Source of the DNA: Azolla caroliniana
Lineage: Eukaryota > Plantae > Polypodiophyta
Assembly: GCA_043228905.1 (NCBI GenBank)
Contig: JBHGNT010000079.1
Coordinates: 40,218 to 104,217, forward strand
Reading direction: 5' to 3'
DNA length: 64,000 bases
Below are positions 12,986 through 26,315 of this stretch, piece by piece. Every line of letters starts with the position of its first letter. Position 1 is the stretch's first letter. A program made the translations under genes and the position numbers. The notes below the pieces were generated by a model. The model had not been told where the DNA came from. It saw only the letters and a program-made list of their open reading frames with translations, and made no database searches.

Positions 12986-13971
12986 GCGCGCGCGCGCACA
13001 TACACACACAGGGATTAAATTATTGTTTTCAGAGGTCAAATATGACTTATGAGACAAAAAATATAACATTTTCACGTAATACATCTAAAAGTGAGTAGCA
13101 ACTCTCGATGTTCAAAAACTTAACTACTAATGACTGTCATAATCGAGAATGCATACTATGATTGTGAGAGAACTTCGTGTAGGGATTGAGTTTGGTCGAA
13201 GATGTGTGGAAAACATAGTTGAATGCGATCAAAGGCAAGACGTTATATCAAAGTTAATACTCAGACTCCAAAACTTGTTTAGAGAAAAATGTGCATAATC
13301 CTTTACTCTTATCGCGTGGACCTTGTCAGTGTGAGTTAAGTTGCATGGAAGCATGGTTTCGATGCCAAACAAAGGGATGGGATCTAACATGTATTAAGGT
13401 GTGCAATTCCCTGTGTGGTGGAGAATATGGTTTTTTGGTTAGGTGCAACACGTAGTAGAATGTGTGAAGCGAGAGCCTCCATATTTTTCCCATGTCATGA
13501 CACATTAGTGTAGCATAAAAAAGGCCATCTTCCAAACCATTTATCCATATCGATGCATCATGAAACAAGCATGTCGTCACATCCCACCTTCCAAACCAAA
13601 ATTCCATATCTTGCATGCAACCATAACAACGTTGCTATTTTTTGCAGCTTTGGGTTCTGTTCTAGAAAATCCTAGGAATAACAAGAACAAGAGTAAGGTT
13701 GGTTTGTCGGTGGGTTAGCACGTAAATCTGTTTGTTTTCTGAAATAAGAAAATAAAAGGGAGAAGGAAAGAAAGGAAAGAGTCCGTCCGTCCAATAGAGA
13801 CGGGAAGGGCGGGCAACCATCTAATAGTAATAAATGGAGGGAGTGGATAAGGCCAGTAATACGCCCTCACCTTTGGGCAGGCAGCCCCTTCCCCCCCCCC
13901 CCCACCAAACCCACACGTGGATAGCGTTCAAAAATATGCACGAGGACATTGCCAATAACATGCCTCGTGAT

Positions 13972-14015
<44 letters not shown>

Positions 14016-14271
14016 CTCTCTCTCTCTCTCTCTAATGATGGAAATAAGAATAAGAAGAAGCTGCTGGAGTCACAGCAGGCAGCAGAAGACCTCCTTCAGC
14101 TCCTCAGCTCAGCTTTAGCTTCCCCCTAAATAATTCTCCACTCACTCACTCACTCACTCTCCACCTCCTCCACCTATCTAATCTAATCTAATCTAATCTA
14201 AGCCCATCTATCCATTACCGCCCCGGTCGGTCGGTCCACGCCCACACCCACGCCCGCAATCACACAACACC

Positions 14272-16585
14272 ATGGGCCTCGTTTCCGCGGTAGTAGCTCT
14301 CCCACTCCCGGCTCCCAGCGGTGCCTACTGCCACCAAACCAGCGCCAGCGCCACACATTACGATGATAATCATCATGATGACCAACCCCACCTCGACCAT
14401 GATCCCGACGAAGCCCTCGGAGACCGGCTCATGGCCCTGCTGGCCGCCCCGCTCCCACCCGACCCGCCGCCTATCGATCACAACCATCCACCCCCACCAC
14501 CTGGCCTAAATGTGGTCCTCTCCCCACCACCACCATCACCACCTGTTCGTCCGCCTCCCCTTCTCCACCACCATAGCTCCTCCCCACAGGACCTCCCCAT
14601 CACCACCACCACCACCACCACCACCACCGGCGGTGGGCCTGCGCCGCTGCAGGAGCCCGCCCACGTCTCCCTGGATCGAATCTCCTGCATTCTGCCTGCA
14701 ACTCCAACTGACTTCTCACCCCTCAACGCCGTTCCTTCTTCCCCTGATGCCGGCCATCGCGCAGGCCACCAACAACACCACCACCACATGTTCCTCTCCA
14801 GCTGCGACCTCGTCTGCCGCTCCTACCCTTATATCAACCGCATCTTCTTCTACGCCACTCCTCCCGCCTCCGCCTCCGCCTCCGCCGATGCGGCGGTGGC
14901 GGAATACAATGGCCACGTCGCATCCCTCAAGGACAGCTTGGCTCGAACCCTCGTCCATTTCTACCCGCTCGCCGGGCGCTTCACCACCGACGCGGGTGGC
15001 CGCCTCAGCGTGGCCTGCAACGACGAAGGCGTGGAGTTCGTGGAAGCCTGTGTCCGCGACCTCCCTTTCAATCGTCTCAAAGACGCAGGCTTCCAGTATT
15101 CCAACCTCTTCTGGAAGCTCGCCAGGCGGACAGAGCTGCTCCGCTCCGATTATCTGGACCAGCCCATCCTGTCTGTGCAGGTAGGTTGTGGTACCTACCC
15201 ACCTTATCAAATCATGCTCACTTTGTGTATGTATGTGTGTGTGTGTCTATATATATATATACTATAGACGATAGATAGATGGCCAGATCCTGCATTTAGC
15301 CATGGATTTGATTAATGAATCGTGTTTCTGTCTTAAAAGTTGCCAATTTCCCTGTACCTGCCTGCGTGCATAATTCCAGATCACCAGGTTCCCAGCGGAT
15401 CACGGCGGATTCAGCGTGGGCGTCTCCATGAGCCACGCCGTAGCAGATGCCCAATCCTTCTACGACTTCATGAAATGCTGGGCCGACACATGTCGCTCTG
15501 TGGCCATGAGCGTGCCGCCATTACATGTCCGCCCCTCCCTCAGCGTCGACTCCCTGTCCAACTCCTTCGACGAAACCCTGAGCTACATGATGCGGCGGGT
15601 GAAGGACATCAGCCTAATGTCGAAGCGCTGCAGGCAGCCGCAGCAGCAGCTGGTGGCGGAGGAGAAGCGAGGGGGAGCGATGCAGGAGTACGGGGAGAAG
15701 TTTCTGTCGGTGATGGAGGGGCAGCGGGAGGAGGAGAAGCTGTTCTCCGCGTTGGAGGAGCAGCAGCAGAAGCGAGGGGAGAAAATGATGGAAGAGATGG
15801 TGAGCAGCAATACGCAGGGCCGATCGAGGGGCGGCAGCAGGCCCACGAACCAGTCGGCGGTTGCCGCCGCCACAGCCGCCAGGACACAGGCACCCATCAT
15901 GGAGAAGCAGAAAGAGCAGGAGGAGAAGAGAGAGGCCAGGAAGGATTTGGTGCAGAGGGTTTTCTCCTTCAATGAGGAGAAGCTGAAGAAGATCAAAGAG
16001 CTGGCGGGGGCTGGCGGCGGCCCGAAGGAGACTTACACCACATTCGAGTCCTTCTGCGCGCATTGGTGGCGGGCGCTCATCCGCGCACGCCGGCTTCCCG
16101 AAGAGCAGGCGGTCTGCCTCCTCATCCCGATCAACTGCCGACAGCGCTTCCTTAAATTGCCCAAGGGCTACTTCGGGAACGCGCTGGACGGGGCCCTCGT
16201 GAAGCAGTCCGCGGGCGCCTTGTGCCGCGCCCGTCTCCCCGAGATCGCCGCCCAAATCCACCGCGCCATTACGGCCGTCACCGAGGGCTCCTTCCGGGAC
16301 TACATCCTCGAGGCGGAGCGCCGGCGGAACGCCATCCCACACTTCGACCGCACCGGCCTCTTCCACGTGGTCGACTCCCCCAAGTACCCCGTGTACGCGA
16401 CCGATTTCGGGTGGGGGGCCCCCAGTGCCGTCCGCGCCGAGGGCTTCCGCTTCGGGGCCGAGGTGCAGATCCTGGCGGGTGCGTTGGGCGGGTACGACAT
16501 GTTTTGTGCCCTCGATGCCGACTCAATGGCTGCTCTCATGGACGACTCATCTTTCGTATTGACGGACATGGACAGCTATCATTAA
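14272..16585 (+). CDS. BAHD-family acyl-CoA acyltransferase, ~704 aa; exons 14272-15180 and 15380-16585
   Basis: LKDSLARTLVHFYPLAGR and ACNDEGVEFVEA in exon 1. The intron falls at the conserved Q position (ILSVQ|GT...AG|ITRF). Exon 2 has the catalytic HAVAD (HxxxD), GYFGNA and DFGWG motifs. Confidence 0.93.
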
Positions 16586-18328
16586 AACTAGACAACTATC
16601 ATTAAAACTAGAGATGGAGAAATGGGTGATAGGAGGGTTTTGGTTTGGGGGTTTTGGGGGGGGGGTAAGGGAGGGTTAAGGAAGTCATTGGGCAAGTGGC
16701 ATGAGTTTATGTCTACTAATTCATGTTGTCTTTCAAGTTTCTTAAAAAAAATAAGTGAGGGGTGTATTTGTGTGTGTCTAGTGTGGGTCCTAAAGCTACT
16801 CCTCCTATGCAAGATTGATATGTAATATGTACTTTTAAAGAGATGTGGTACATAGATGACACCTCTTGTTGGATGCATCTTTTTTCTGAGCTCGCAAGAA
16901 ATTATTATATAAGATGATGGTTCATATATGTACCTTTGAAGAAGATGTTTGAACACAATAGATAAAATAAATAAATAAAGGGGTATAGCATCTTATCCCA
17001 TTTCAGATTGGGATGCTACTTTACTTGCTACCGCACGGTGCATATCTTCTTCGCAAAAGCCCCTGAGAGTCAGGTCCGTGGATTTCGTATTCGTGGCTTT
17101 TATCGGCCTTACCAAGCGTTGTTGTCAATTGATTAATTATGGTGGCTTTTACGATGACTATAACAAATAAATAAATAAACAAGCATCAAATCATTCAATA
17201 CATTGCATCATCTTTGATTAAGTCTCAAGTGTTCTGTCATAAGCGCCATTTATTCACAACATTCACTACATGAAATTTGGAGTATATAGTAATGAATTCA
17301 CAAGTGCAATATGTCATTAGATCTAAATGATGAGAATCATGAAAACACGATGCTAACGTCACGCCAATAATTCCATTTCACTCTTTGTATGTAATGCTAG
17401 AGGAAATCTCCTTCGCAATGGATTGTTTTATTGTGCCCTTGTTCTAGAAAATAGTGACATTACATAAGAAGAGATATTAGGGGTAAATATAGACGCTACA
17501 TTCTATTTAATGTTCTCCATAAGTTTGGAAATTTTCCAAGGTATTTGATAGATACAAAATGAAAAAGGTTGCATGCTGTCTTGATATGCAAAGGTTAAAT
17601 AGAGTGTTGATCTCGCATTAAATAAAGCATCCCATGTGAGATCCTTTATCACTATAGAGAGCATGTACTCGATTGTAAGGATTGTCTACACTAGTTAAAC
17701 ACTTATCTTTAAACATCACATTGTGTGCCATGCTTTTATATATACTATTGTTATTAATTGAAGGGTAGCAAGAGAAAAAGGCTTCTAAACCTATGAAATT
17801 AAACATAAATTGGCACTACACAACAAAATTTGCAAACTATTGTACATGAGTTAACATCCTCCTGAAGTTTCAATTAGCATTAGTATCAATGAAGAGTACT
17901 AGATAAAACACCTCATTGAATTCCATAAATCATATTGAAAACTGCATGCATTCTTGAAATACGGTCTACTCAAATATTGTCAAGTCTCGGGTTTGTTATA
18001 TTTATGGGTTGTGCTAACATTTCACTGGCCGATTGTGCATCTAAAACCCTCTAGAGATCATGAATGGTATGACACAATTGGCCATCATAAATAGAATAGA
18101 TGTCTATTGGATAGGTAGCTTTAGACCATGCTCATAATATATGTGCAATTTTGTCAACAAAGTATAAATATATATATATAACAAAAGATACACCCTGGTA
18201 TTATAAAATCATAAGCAATACAAAAGTTGATGGGCGTTTCGGTGAGAAGAAGAACCCCACCAAAACAAAGCTAATGCTAACCATAAATTCATCCATCCAT
18301 TCATGAGAAAGGGACCTAAAAACATTTT

Positions 18329-18399
18329 TGATTCATGGATATTTGCAGTCTCCATGCCGATGAAAGATGGCTGAAATAATACTTTGGACATCGGAATCG
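18329..18399 (-). pseudogene. ~70-bp actin gene fragment
   Basis: The minus strand reads RFRCP(K)VLFQPSFIGMETANIHES with one indel, matching the actin segment RFRCPEVLFQPS.IGME.AGIHET. Confidence 0.75.
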
Positions 18400-19100
18400 T
18401 TGTAAACCTGTAGTTATCACTCCATTCCACAATATAACATTTCAGCTTGACAACTTTCCGAGCAGTTTTTGTGCTTTGAAAGGAGCACCACCTTTAACAT
18501 ACATGTTGATCAAAACCATTGCTACATATGAGCTTTTTCCAGCAACCCTTTTTCTCACAATATATGCATGTATTCTAGAACCCTCACAAAGATCCTTCCA
18601 CCAAGCACAAGCTTTGAGAAATGACACAACATTGAAATGTTCTTTTGACATTCCCTTATTTTCTCTTAAATTTCCCATGTTTTAAGTTTTTGACCGATTC
18701 CCTTGTACTCTCATCATAGCCGATTTGTTGAGCATAGTCAACACTAGCAACAACTTTCCAACGCCATTCCTCATAGTCAATTTGATGTGTATATGCAAGA
18801 ACAAGACATATTTGTACACCATATCTCCAAGATGTTTATCGTCTACTCCTCCCAAACTGCAATTGAGCATTCAATGTAACCTATAGCACCCAAAATCTGT
18901 AACAACAGAATGTCCATAAACAAAGTTAGTAGACATTGTTTCCCAAAATCACGGGAACAGTATGCATCCAAATCATGTGATCTCCATCTTCCCTAAAAAT
19001 GAGCATAGAGGTCCATATCCGTTTAAAATGCATTTGCTTCCTGAAAATGGCATCAGCATTGCCTATGAAACTTTCATACTGACCACGTAATGTATGAACA
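18400..19100 (-). pseudogene. Degenerate PLS-class PPR gene fragment
   Basis: VVSFLKACAWWKDLCEGSRIHAYIVRK..SSYVAMVLINMYVKGGAPFKAQKLLGKL..*NVILWNGVIT is PPR-like, with stops and frameshifts. Weaker PPR-like scraps extend down to about 17600. Confidence 0.65.
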
Positions 19101-20399
19101 AATAACAAAGTGTAAATATTTGCGTAGATTTAATGTAACTTTCGTTGGCATTCTATTATCCAATCAAAATTTCAAAATAATATTACGTCGATCTATCCTT
19201 CACACAGTTGTAGCAAAATTCTGTAATTTCGTGTTCACTACCAATTGTGTGCACCAAGGGACATGACCAATTGTAAAAATTTATAAAAAACCAGGCTTTC
19301 TACCTTTTTGACTTCAATGTTCACATGCTTTATATTTACATGTTGGAACGTGCATCTTAGTGTCTCCATGATTACAAGCCAAAGATGATAAATTCAACAA
19401 ACTCATAAAAAAATTCAAATACTAAATGCATTGCCCCCGACTCAAGATTGGAAGCTTAATTTATGTGTATATATATCAATACACGATAGCAAATGGATCT
19501 CTATTATACAACCTCTTGTAGAAAAAATTAAATTCATTAACGTGCAAGATTCTTTCAAATGTTGAAATATTTAAGACCACAAAAAATAGTAATTCTAGAT
19601 TATTATTTTCAGAAGTTACAACTTCTCTTTCACTCTCTCGTCATGATTGCAAACTACTTTGCCACACTACTTAAAGTTGTGATTATCATGGGCATTGGCA
19701 AGAAAGTAGGCAAATGGAAACCACACTAAGGGGAAGGATAATGATTTCTTTTTTCTGATGTATTGAATAATTTTCTAGCGATGTGGAACTACATGTCATT
19801 CACCTTTGCGATGTAGGGCTACGAGCATTATGAAAGTTGTGTTGACGTATCTAGCCACGTGTAAATATCGTAGTTATTCAACGTAAGAAAATACTATATT
19901 TCAATACTTCATTTTACCACTCCATATGTGCCACTTTCAATGCATGTGCTTTCCTAGGGTAAATCCTTCACCTTCATAACAAGAGCGCTCAACCATGCTT
20001 TAGCTCTCACCACCTTATCAAAAGTTGACCAATCTTTTTATTACGACACTTGGTTTTATACGCCCTGTTGGTACTCTAAGAAACCTAGTGGTTCATGGAA
20101 AGTTCTATCAAGTAGGAATTTTATGCTTTGGCTTCTTGTGCTCCTCTAGCTTTTGATGGGCTCATCATTGTTGACTACATTCAAAGATGATGTATATGCA
20201 AAGTGTATCCCATATTAATGATAGGTATTAGCATCTTCAATTGTTTATGTTGAGAAATAATTCAATTATATTATGGGGTGTATGGTTAAGTTAAAGTTAC
20301 ATATTGCAAATTACAATGTTGATCATAGCAATAGTAAGGTTGGTTGCCTTTATAGAGGGGGAGGGTTTTTTTTTTAGGAAACGGAAGGTTAAGATTGGG

Positions 20400-21300
20400 A
20401 TTTGGATACAAAATGTCAAAATGTTAAAATAAGAAAGCTTAACATCATGTTATCTTCAGGGCAATTAGTTTATCCTTGGACATTCTTCTAATCAAGTAAG
20501 AGAAGGTTGCGCATTAAGTTCCCTCTTATAGGCTTTTGATACAAATCCTCTTCTTCTACAAATGGACAAGTTTGTTCAAGTTGGCCTTCCTAGGGGTTAG
20601 AGATGTCCAGTAGTGAACATTTCTCTATATATACCTACAGGCTACATCAATGATATTTTCTTTGTCTTGTAATGATCTCCACAATTTTGACATTTGTCTG
20701 AAGGCTTTACAATTATACACCACTACAATGGGGTTCAAAGTGAACTTCATAACATCTAAGTTTTGCCCCACAAGGTGTATGATTGAAATTTGATACCAAC
20801 AGAATTAATCAATCTAGATCAATTAATTAGGCTTTTCGGCTATCCCCTAGGATGAAACATTTGTGGGAAAGTTTAGGACATTTTGATCTAGCTAGTCCTA
20901 AGTCAACCAAAATAGAGATCTATGGGGCAAGACAAGATCCACTATTCTTGGCGACGTTAATTTAAGGGATGTCACTTAGCTCCTAAGCCTACAAGCAAAC
21001 ACTAAAGAACAAACAAAGCAAGATCTAAACTTAATATCCTAACATAGACAAATGAGCTTGAGCTCACTTAATCACTTAACATTAATGTTGAGAATCAAGC
21101 TCAACCTAGTCTACTGTGTGAACACACCTTTTGAGAATGTATGAACATTCAAAGGTCAAAAGTCACCAATACTCTCTGAACATTAACTATATGTCATAGA
21201 ATCATATTCTATGACACATAACTAACGAGTTTCCACATTCCCATGACCCATGAGCTTCTATAGCTCTAGAGAGAGAGAGTGGGTGTTAATGAAGAGAGCG
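20400..21300 (-). mobile_element. Possible decayed LTR-retrotransposon remnant
   Basis: TGATACCA at 20791-20798 is the reverse complement of a Met-tRNA PBS core and lies next to LTR-like sequence. The boundaries are not resolved. Confidence 0.3.
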
Positions 21301-21480
21301 GGTGATCCTATATAAAACACCCTTCTCCTACTTCATATAGTGTCGATTGTTGCTCCTTGTAATGCTACATTTTTGTATTTCATATTTTCCTTGTTAATAT
21401 ATATCTTCTTCTTCTTCTTCTTCTTCTTCTTGAGTACTTCATTTTTCTCTCATCTATCTATGTTGTGTCTCTCTTCTCTT

Positions 21481-21558
<78 letters not shown>

Positions 21559-22099
21559 CACATCTCTTCCACTACACAGAATCATATCCAATTCTTTACA
21601 ATTAACTATTATGGAAAGTCATGAAAAAGTTATAATTGACAGAAACACTTATGGTGGAAGCTTAAGCTTTAGGCTTGATAATAGATAAGAAGATGATCTA
21701 TTTAGAGCTATACAGTAGAAAGATATTACGATTTGGAGAGATAGATGCTCTAATTCGAGTTCTATATGAGTGTCCTTTTATAGCTTTTATAATGCCCTTT
21801 AACCTTTTCACATTGTGTTGCACACAAAAAAGGAAATATTGAGAAAAGTATAATTGAAGTACCGGTGGGTGTGATGTATGTGTGAACAACATAACCAAAA
21901 ATAGAAGAAATGAAATTAAAATTATAATGAGAAAGATCATGGGGTATTTCACTAGTCTAACCAAGCACATCGGCTATAAAGAGAAGAAAGTAATGCTTAA
22001 TGGAATATTAAGTGATTCATCTAAATAAAAGATGTAATTAATATCGATGATCTAAATGGAAAAATATAGCATATGTGCCTGGTTCATAATCTAAGATCT

Positions 22100-24161
22100 A
22101 GTGATGTTGAACAAGTCCTTGTTGCGAACCAAGTGTTGCTCGCTACCATGTGGCACTCAGTCTGCTGCTGGATTATGGATCCTGCAGGTCTGCACGCGAT
22201 TAAGGCTGCCATCAGGGGGTTTATATGGTCAGGTAAGGACAACCCAAGGGTTGTTGCCAGAGTGTCATGGTGTTGGTTAACGCAACCGCGGGCCAAAGGG
22301 GGGCTTGGCCTCATAGACCCCTTAATGCAAAGTCGTTCATTGATGGCTAAAATGGTGGTTCGCTGCCTTCTGCCAGGTAAAGGGTGCTGGAAGGTACTTC
22401 TTCGCAACAGGCTGCAAGCAGGGACTCCATAGTATGGTAGGCCTTGGCCCGACTCCTTGAATTGGTGCTGCACGAGCGGAGTCCCACCCAAGCTAGCTTG
22501 CCATCCGGAGGATAGGGTCGCGAACTCCATCTTGCGGGCATGGTGCCATCTACGACAACATTTGGTCAAACACACCCCGGAGACATTGACCGAATGGACT
22601 AGACAGCCACGATTCTGGAATCCTCATGTGCGAACAAGTGACGACACGATGCTAGGCCAACTTAAGGGCCTAGCATTGGGAAAGCTGGCACAAACAGGCC
22701 TCCTATCTATAAATGATTGGAGACGTATGGCTGTTTCAGGAAGAGCCCAAGAGGACCTTTTCCCTCCCCTCAAGGGAGCTACGAAAATGCGGAGACTGAT
22801 AGCTGAGGCAGTTGACAGGGTTCCGATGGGGGAGGTGAGAGAACCTGCATGGTTCGGTCTCTTTGACGAGGTTGGAATGGTCAAGTTGCTAAAGGGTGTG
22901 AGTGGATTGGGGAGAGATACAGTTTTTGGGGACAGTCAGAGTAGGGGCTCTTGGCACCCAATCCGAGTGGTGGCACAGGTTGACAACATCTGGAAGACAG
23001 ACCCGGATGTTGCTAAGGTGGAACCCCATTGGAGGTTAAGGGTATATGGTTGTCACCCCCTTGTCGATCTGGATTGGGACCCAGGGGATTTCAGATGGAA
23101 ACATGATGATAGACTCCATCACTTCTTCGATTACACCACTAAATTGGGTCAGACTTTGCAGCTGCAGCTGGGCAGCCCCCTTCGCAATGGCTGGCGAACA
23201 TTGGGAATCCCCGATGAGGCGCTCATTACCTTTTGGAAAGGTCTCTAGCGCCTCCACATGCTTGAAAAGATCAAGCTCTTTTGGTGGCAGATCGGTCACA
23301 ATGTGGTGCCCATTGGTGAATGGCTACGTAAACGCGGCGGCCCGTTAGGCTGCCCACTGTGCTCTCGACCTATTGAGACTTTGAGACATTGTCTGTGGGA
23401 TTGCCCTCAAGCTCAAAAGATCTGGGATAGAGTGAGTCGCCTCCTTGCGGCATGTGAAGTTGAAGGAACAGCCTCGTGGAGCGTTGCGGCATGGATTGGT
23501 CACTCGGTCGAAGGGTGGACGGACACCGTCAATGCGGATAGTTGGTGCTATGTATGCACGAGAGGCAAAATCGTCAAGATCTGTTTCGAAAGAGGCTTGT
23601 AGCCCGCATCCCCTAGGTTTCCAGAAATCTGGATGCTGATTGCAGGTTTCACCTTGTGGTACATATGGAAAGCGCGTTGCCTCAAGGTTTTCCAAGGTAC
23701 GGTACGGCCCCCGAAGGAAATGATCATGGACATATGGTTCGCGATTATCAGCTGCCTACGAGGGCAACTGGAAGAGATTTGCAGCCACTCCAACGACGTG
23801 ATCTCTGCCCGATTGCGCTTTTGGCAAAAATGGAGGAACACACCTATGGTGATGCAAGGCGAGAGTGGCCCGAGGTGGAATTACCAGCCCCCACACTGGT
23901 TGTTTCCTACTCACCTGCCACCCTCTCTTCGTTGTAGGCCCCAAGAGCCGACTCGTACTAGGCAACATTGAAGGCCATCGCCTTAGATATAGGTAGCTTC
24001 TTACATTAAGTTAGGCCGCAAGGCATTGTAAGTAGGTTGATCTTCTTTTACTTGATCGGAGGTAGACTCCCCGATGTGTGTATAAGTCTCCTTGTAGACT
24101 CTCTATGTAATAATCCTTCCTAACTAATGGGAAAGTAGCTTCATTTTGGATGGAATTTTTT
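22100..24161 (+). mobile_element. 5'-truncated L1-like LINE (post-RT region, zf-RVT, 3' UTR)
   Basis: ORF pieces VLVANQVLLATMWH...FIWSG...RVSW..LTQPRAKGGLGL, KIKLFWWQ...CPLCSRPIETLRHCLWDC and LWYIWKARC, separated by in-frame stops. Confidence 0.85.
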
Positions 24162-24290
24162 TTTTTTTTTTCAAAGATGGTATGTGTCAGTATAAAAAAC
24201 ATTAAAATGGATCGTTTATGTTCAAGAGATGAAGGAAATAGCCTATTAAGGTTAACCACAAGATGTAAGCCAATGACGCCCATCACAATA

Positions 24291-24326
24291 TAGACGAGCT
24301 TCCAGGGGTATCCTGGTACTTTTCCC
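24291..24326. mobile_element. Orphan terminal fragment of the Mutator-like MITE family
   Basis: TAGACGAGCTTCCAGGGGTATCCTGGTACTTTTCCC matches the right TIR end of 10652-10964 and 28706-29018. Confidence 0.8.
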
Positions 24327-24519
24327 TATAAAGAAAGCGATCCATTTCTTTATATTTAATGGTTAAGAAGTATTACACCATGTTTGTCCAACATTATTTT
24401 AAATTACATTTGAAATAACTTCTTTTTTTTCCAAAACAAAATATCCTTCCATTAGTTTTCAAAAAAACCTGTCAAGTACAAACTACAAAAGAGATGAAAA
24501 AGAAGAGGAAAAAGGACTA

Positions 24520-24777
24520 TCCCAATGACTAGCCATGGAGGTATGACTACCCAGGTTTTAATATCCTTCTATTCTCTTCAATCCCAGGTTGCTTTTATTT
24601 CAAGCTACCATTTCTATATCATCATCCAGTAACATTTCACTCCATGGCTAGTCATTTCCCAATGACTAGCCATGGAGGTATGACTACCCAGGTTTTAATA
24701 TCCTTCTATTCTCTTCAATCCCAGGTTGCTTTTATTTCAAGCTACCATTTCTATATCATCATCCAGTAACATTTCAC
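24520..24777. repeat. Exact 121-bp direct duplication with a 16-nt inverted linker
   Basis: 24520-24640 equals 24657-24777; 24640-24656 is the reverse complement of 24661-24677. Confidence 0.9.
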
Positions 24778-24779
24778 AT

Positions 24780-25500
24780 TTGAAAAGTGTATTAACCTTG
24801 GTACTAACGGCAAATCCCTGTGCTCAGGCTTCAATTATTGCTCCACATTTACACTACCAATCTCTGCTGAGCCATGCTCACCATATCTTGTAATAGATGC
24901 ATTTCACAAGAGAACATGTTTGTCTGCAAGAATATCAATTACATCTCAAACTAAAATATCATCGACTGTTTTTTGTGTTTTTTCAAGATTGCCACATATA
25001 CCATACATGTGCAACAAAGCATTCCCATGCTCAATATTGTCTTCTAACAGCCTCTTACTCATAATTTCAATGTGATTTTCTATGCATGTCAATCACTCTT
25101 TCACAACCACCTTGGCAAACTTGTCAAGGCCAAAATCACTACATCCCACATCCATGTATCTCGAAATCCAAGTTGAAATTTTTTTTTGTGCCTCACCAAA
25201 TAAACCACAAAAAATCTCTACTAAGCCATGGTCCACCTATCCTGTAATAGATGCATTCCACAAGAGAACATCTCTGTTTGCAAGAATATGATATATCCAA
25301 GAGACCACATCTCAAACTGAATATCATTGACTGTTCCCCCCCCCCCCCCCTTTTCAAGCTTGCCAAATATAACATATGTCCAACAAAGCATTTCCAAGGT
25401 CAATATTGTCTTCTAGCAGCCTATTACTCATGATTCCATAGCGAGTTTCTATGCTTGTTAACCACTCCTACAGTGTACCCTGCCTTTAGCAAACTTACAA
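24780..25500 (-). pseudogene. Degenerate PPR gene fragment
   Basis: The minus strand gives LEDNIEHGNALLHMYGICGNLEK...NASITRYGEHG and a second diverged repeat, LEDNIDLGNALLD, with many stops. Confidence 0.6.
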
Positions 25501-25739
25501 AGGTGATTACATTGAACAAAAGTAAAAACATCATTTTGCATTTGTTCAACAAGATTCAATGTTGCATGGTCAAATCTATACTAGTAATATCCTGAAATTA
25601 GTGCATTCTTAGAAGCCATAACCCGAGCTAGAAGTCCCTCTTTCCTCATAGGTAAAACGCACAAGATGAGAGTCATAGGTACATTTGAAATAACTTACAT
25701 GACAAATATTGTGTCGTTTTTTAAGGCTAAATGTCCATT

Positions 25740-26315
25740 CTATTTTGTCAAGAGAGATGCTTGTGACATAGGATTGGTGATTACGTGAAACATTTTTTGG
25801 TCTAGCAATGGAGAAGGTGAATATGATAGACCATGTGTCGTTATAAAGCGAGCACTTACTCATGAACAACTAAAGGCCAATGATATTGAATTGTATTGTT
25901 GCTCATGTAGTGGAGTATCTAAGAAAACATGTTGTCTAATTGTGGTACCCGGATGGTTGTTCCCCGCTCCCATTAGTTGAAAGAGGTGCATGAATGAGAT
26001 GAGATACATAGAGAACAAACATGTGGGCTATTGAATGCAGATGATGTGTATGGATACTTGGTGGATAACTAAGAAATAGATATAACCAGGTATAGATCAG
26101 TTAGAGACATATGCGAAAGTGTAAGATAAATATGAGATGTCGCCCAAATGTAAGTAGACGTATGGTGGCGAGCTTTTATACAATCAACACAAGGTATGTC
26201 GTTGTTGAGGATGATAGGATAATATAGGCAAGGACTACCCGATAAGGGGACTAAAGTTGTGTACAAAAATACATATTTAACTAATGGAGTATATTCTTTT
26301 TTGGAAATAAAAAAA
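25740..26315 (+). mobile_element. Old L1-like LINE 3' end remnant
   Basis: PGWLFPAPIS* resembles the PPHWLFP ending of the 22.1-24.2 kb LINE. It ends with TAACTAATGGA...TTTTTTGGAAATAAAAAAA. Confidence 0.45.

Noticed and set aside
14260-16605. Multiple overlapping and antisense ORFs (up to 250 aa) over the BAHD gene
   Set aside because: Shadow frames of GC-rich coding sequence with no recognisable motifs.
16571-16612. 20-bp tandem duplication spanning the BAHD stop codon
   Set aside because: Real but trivial; it does not alter the protein end.
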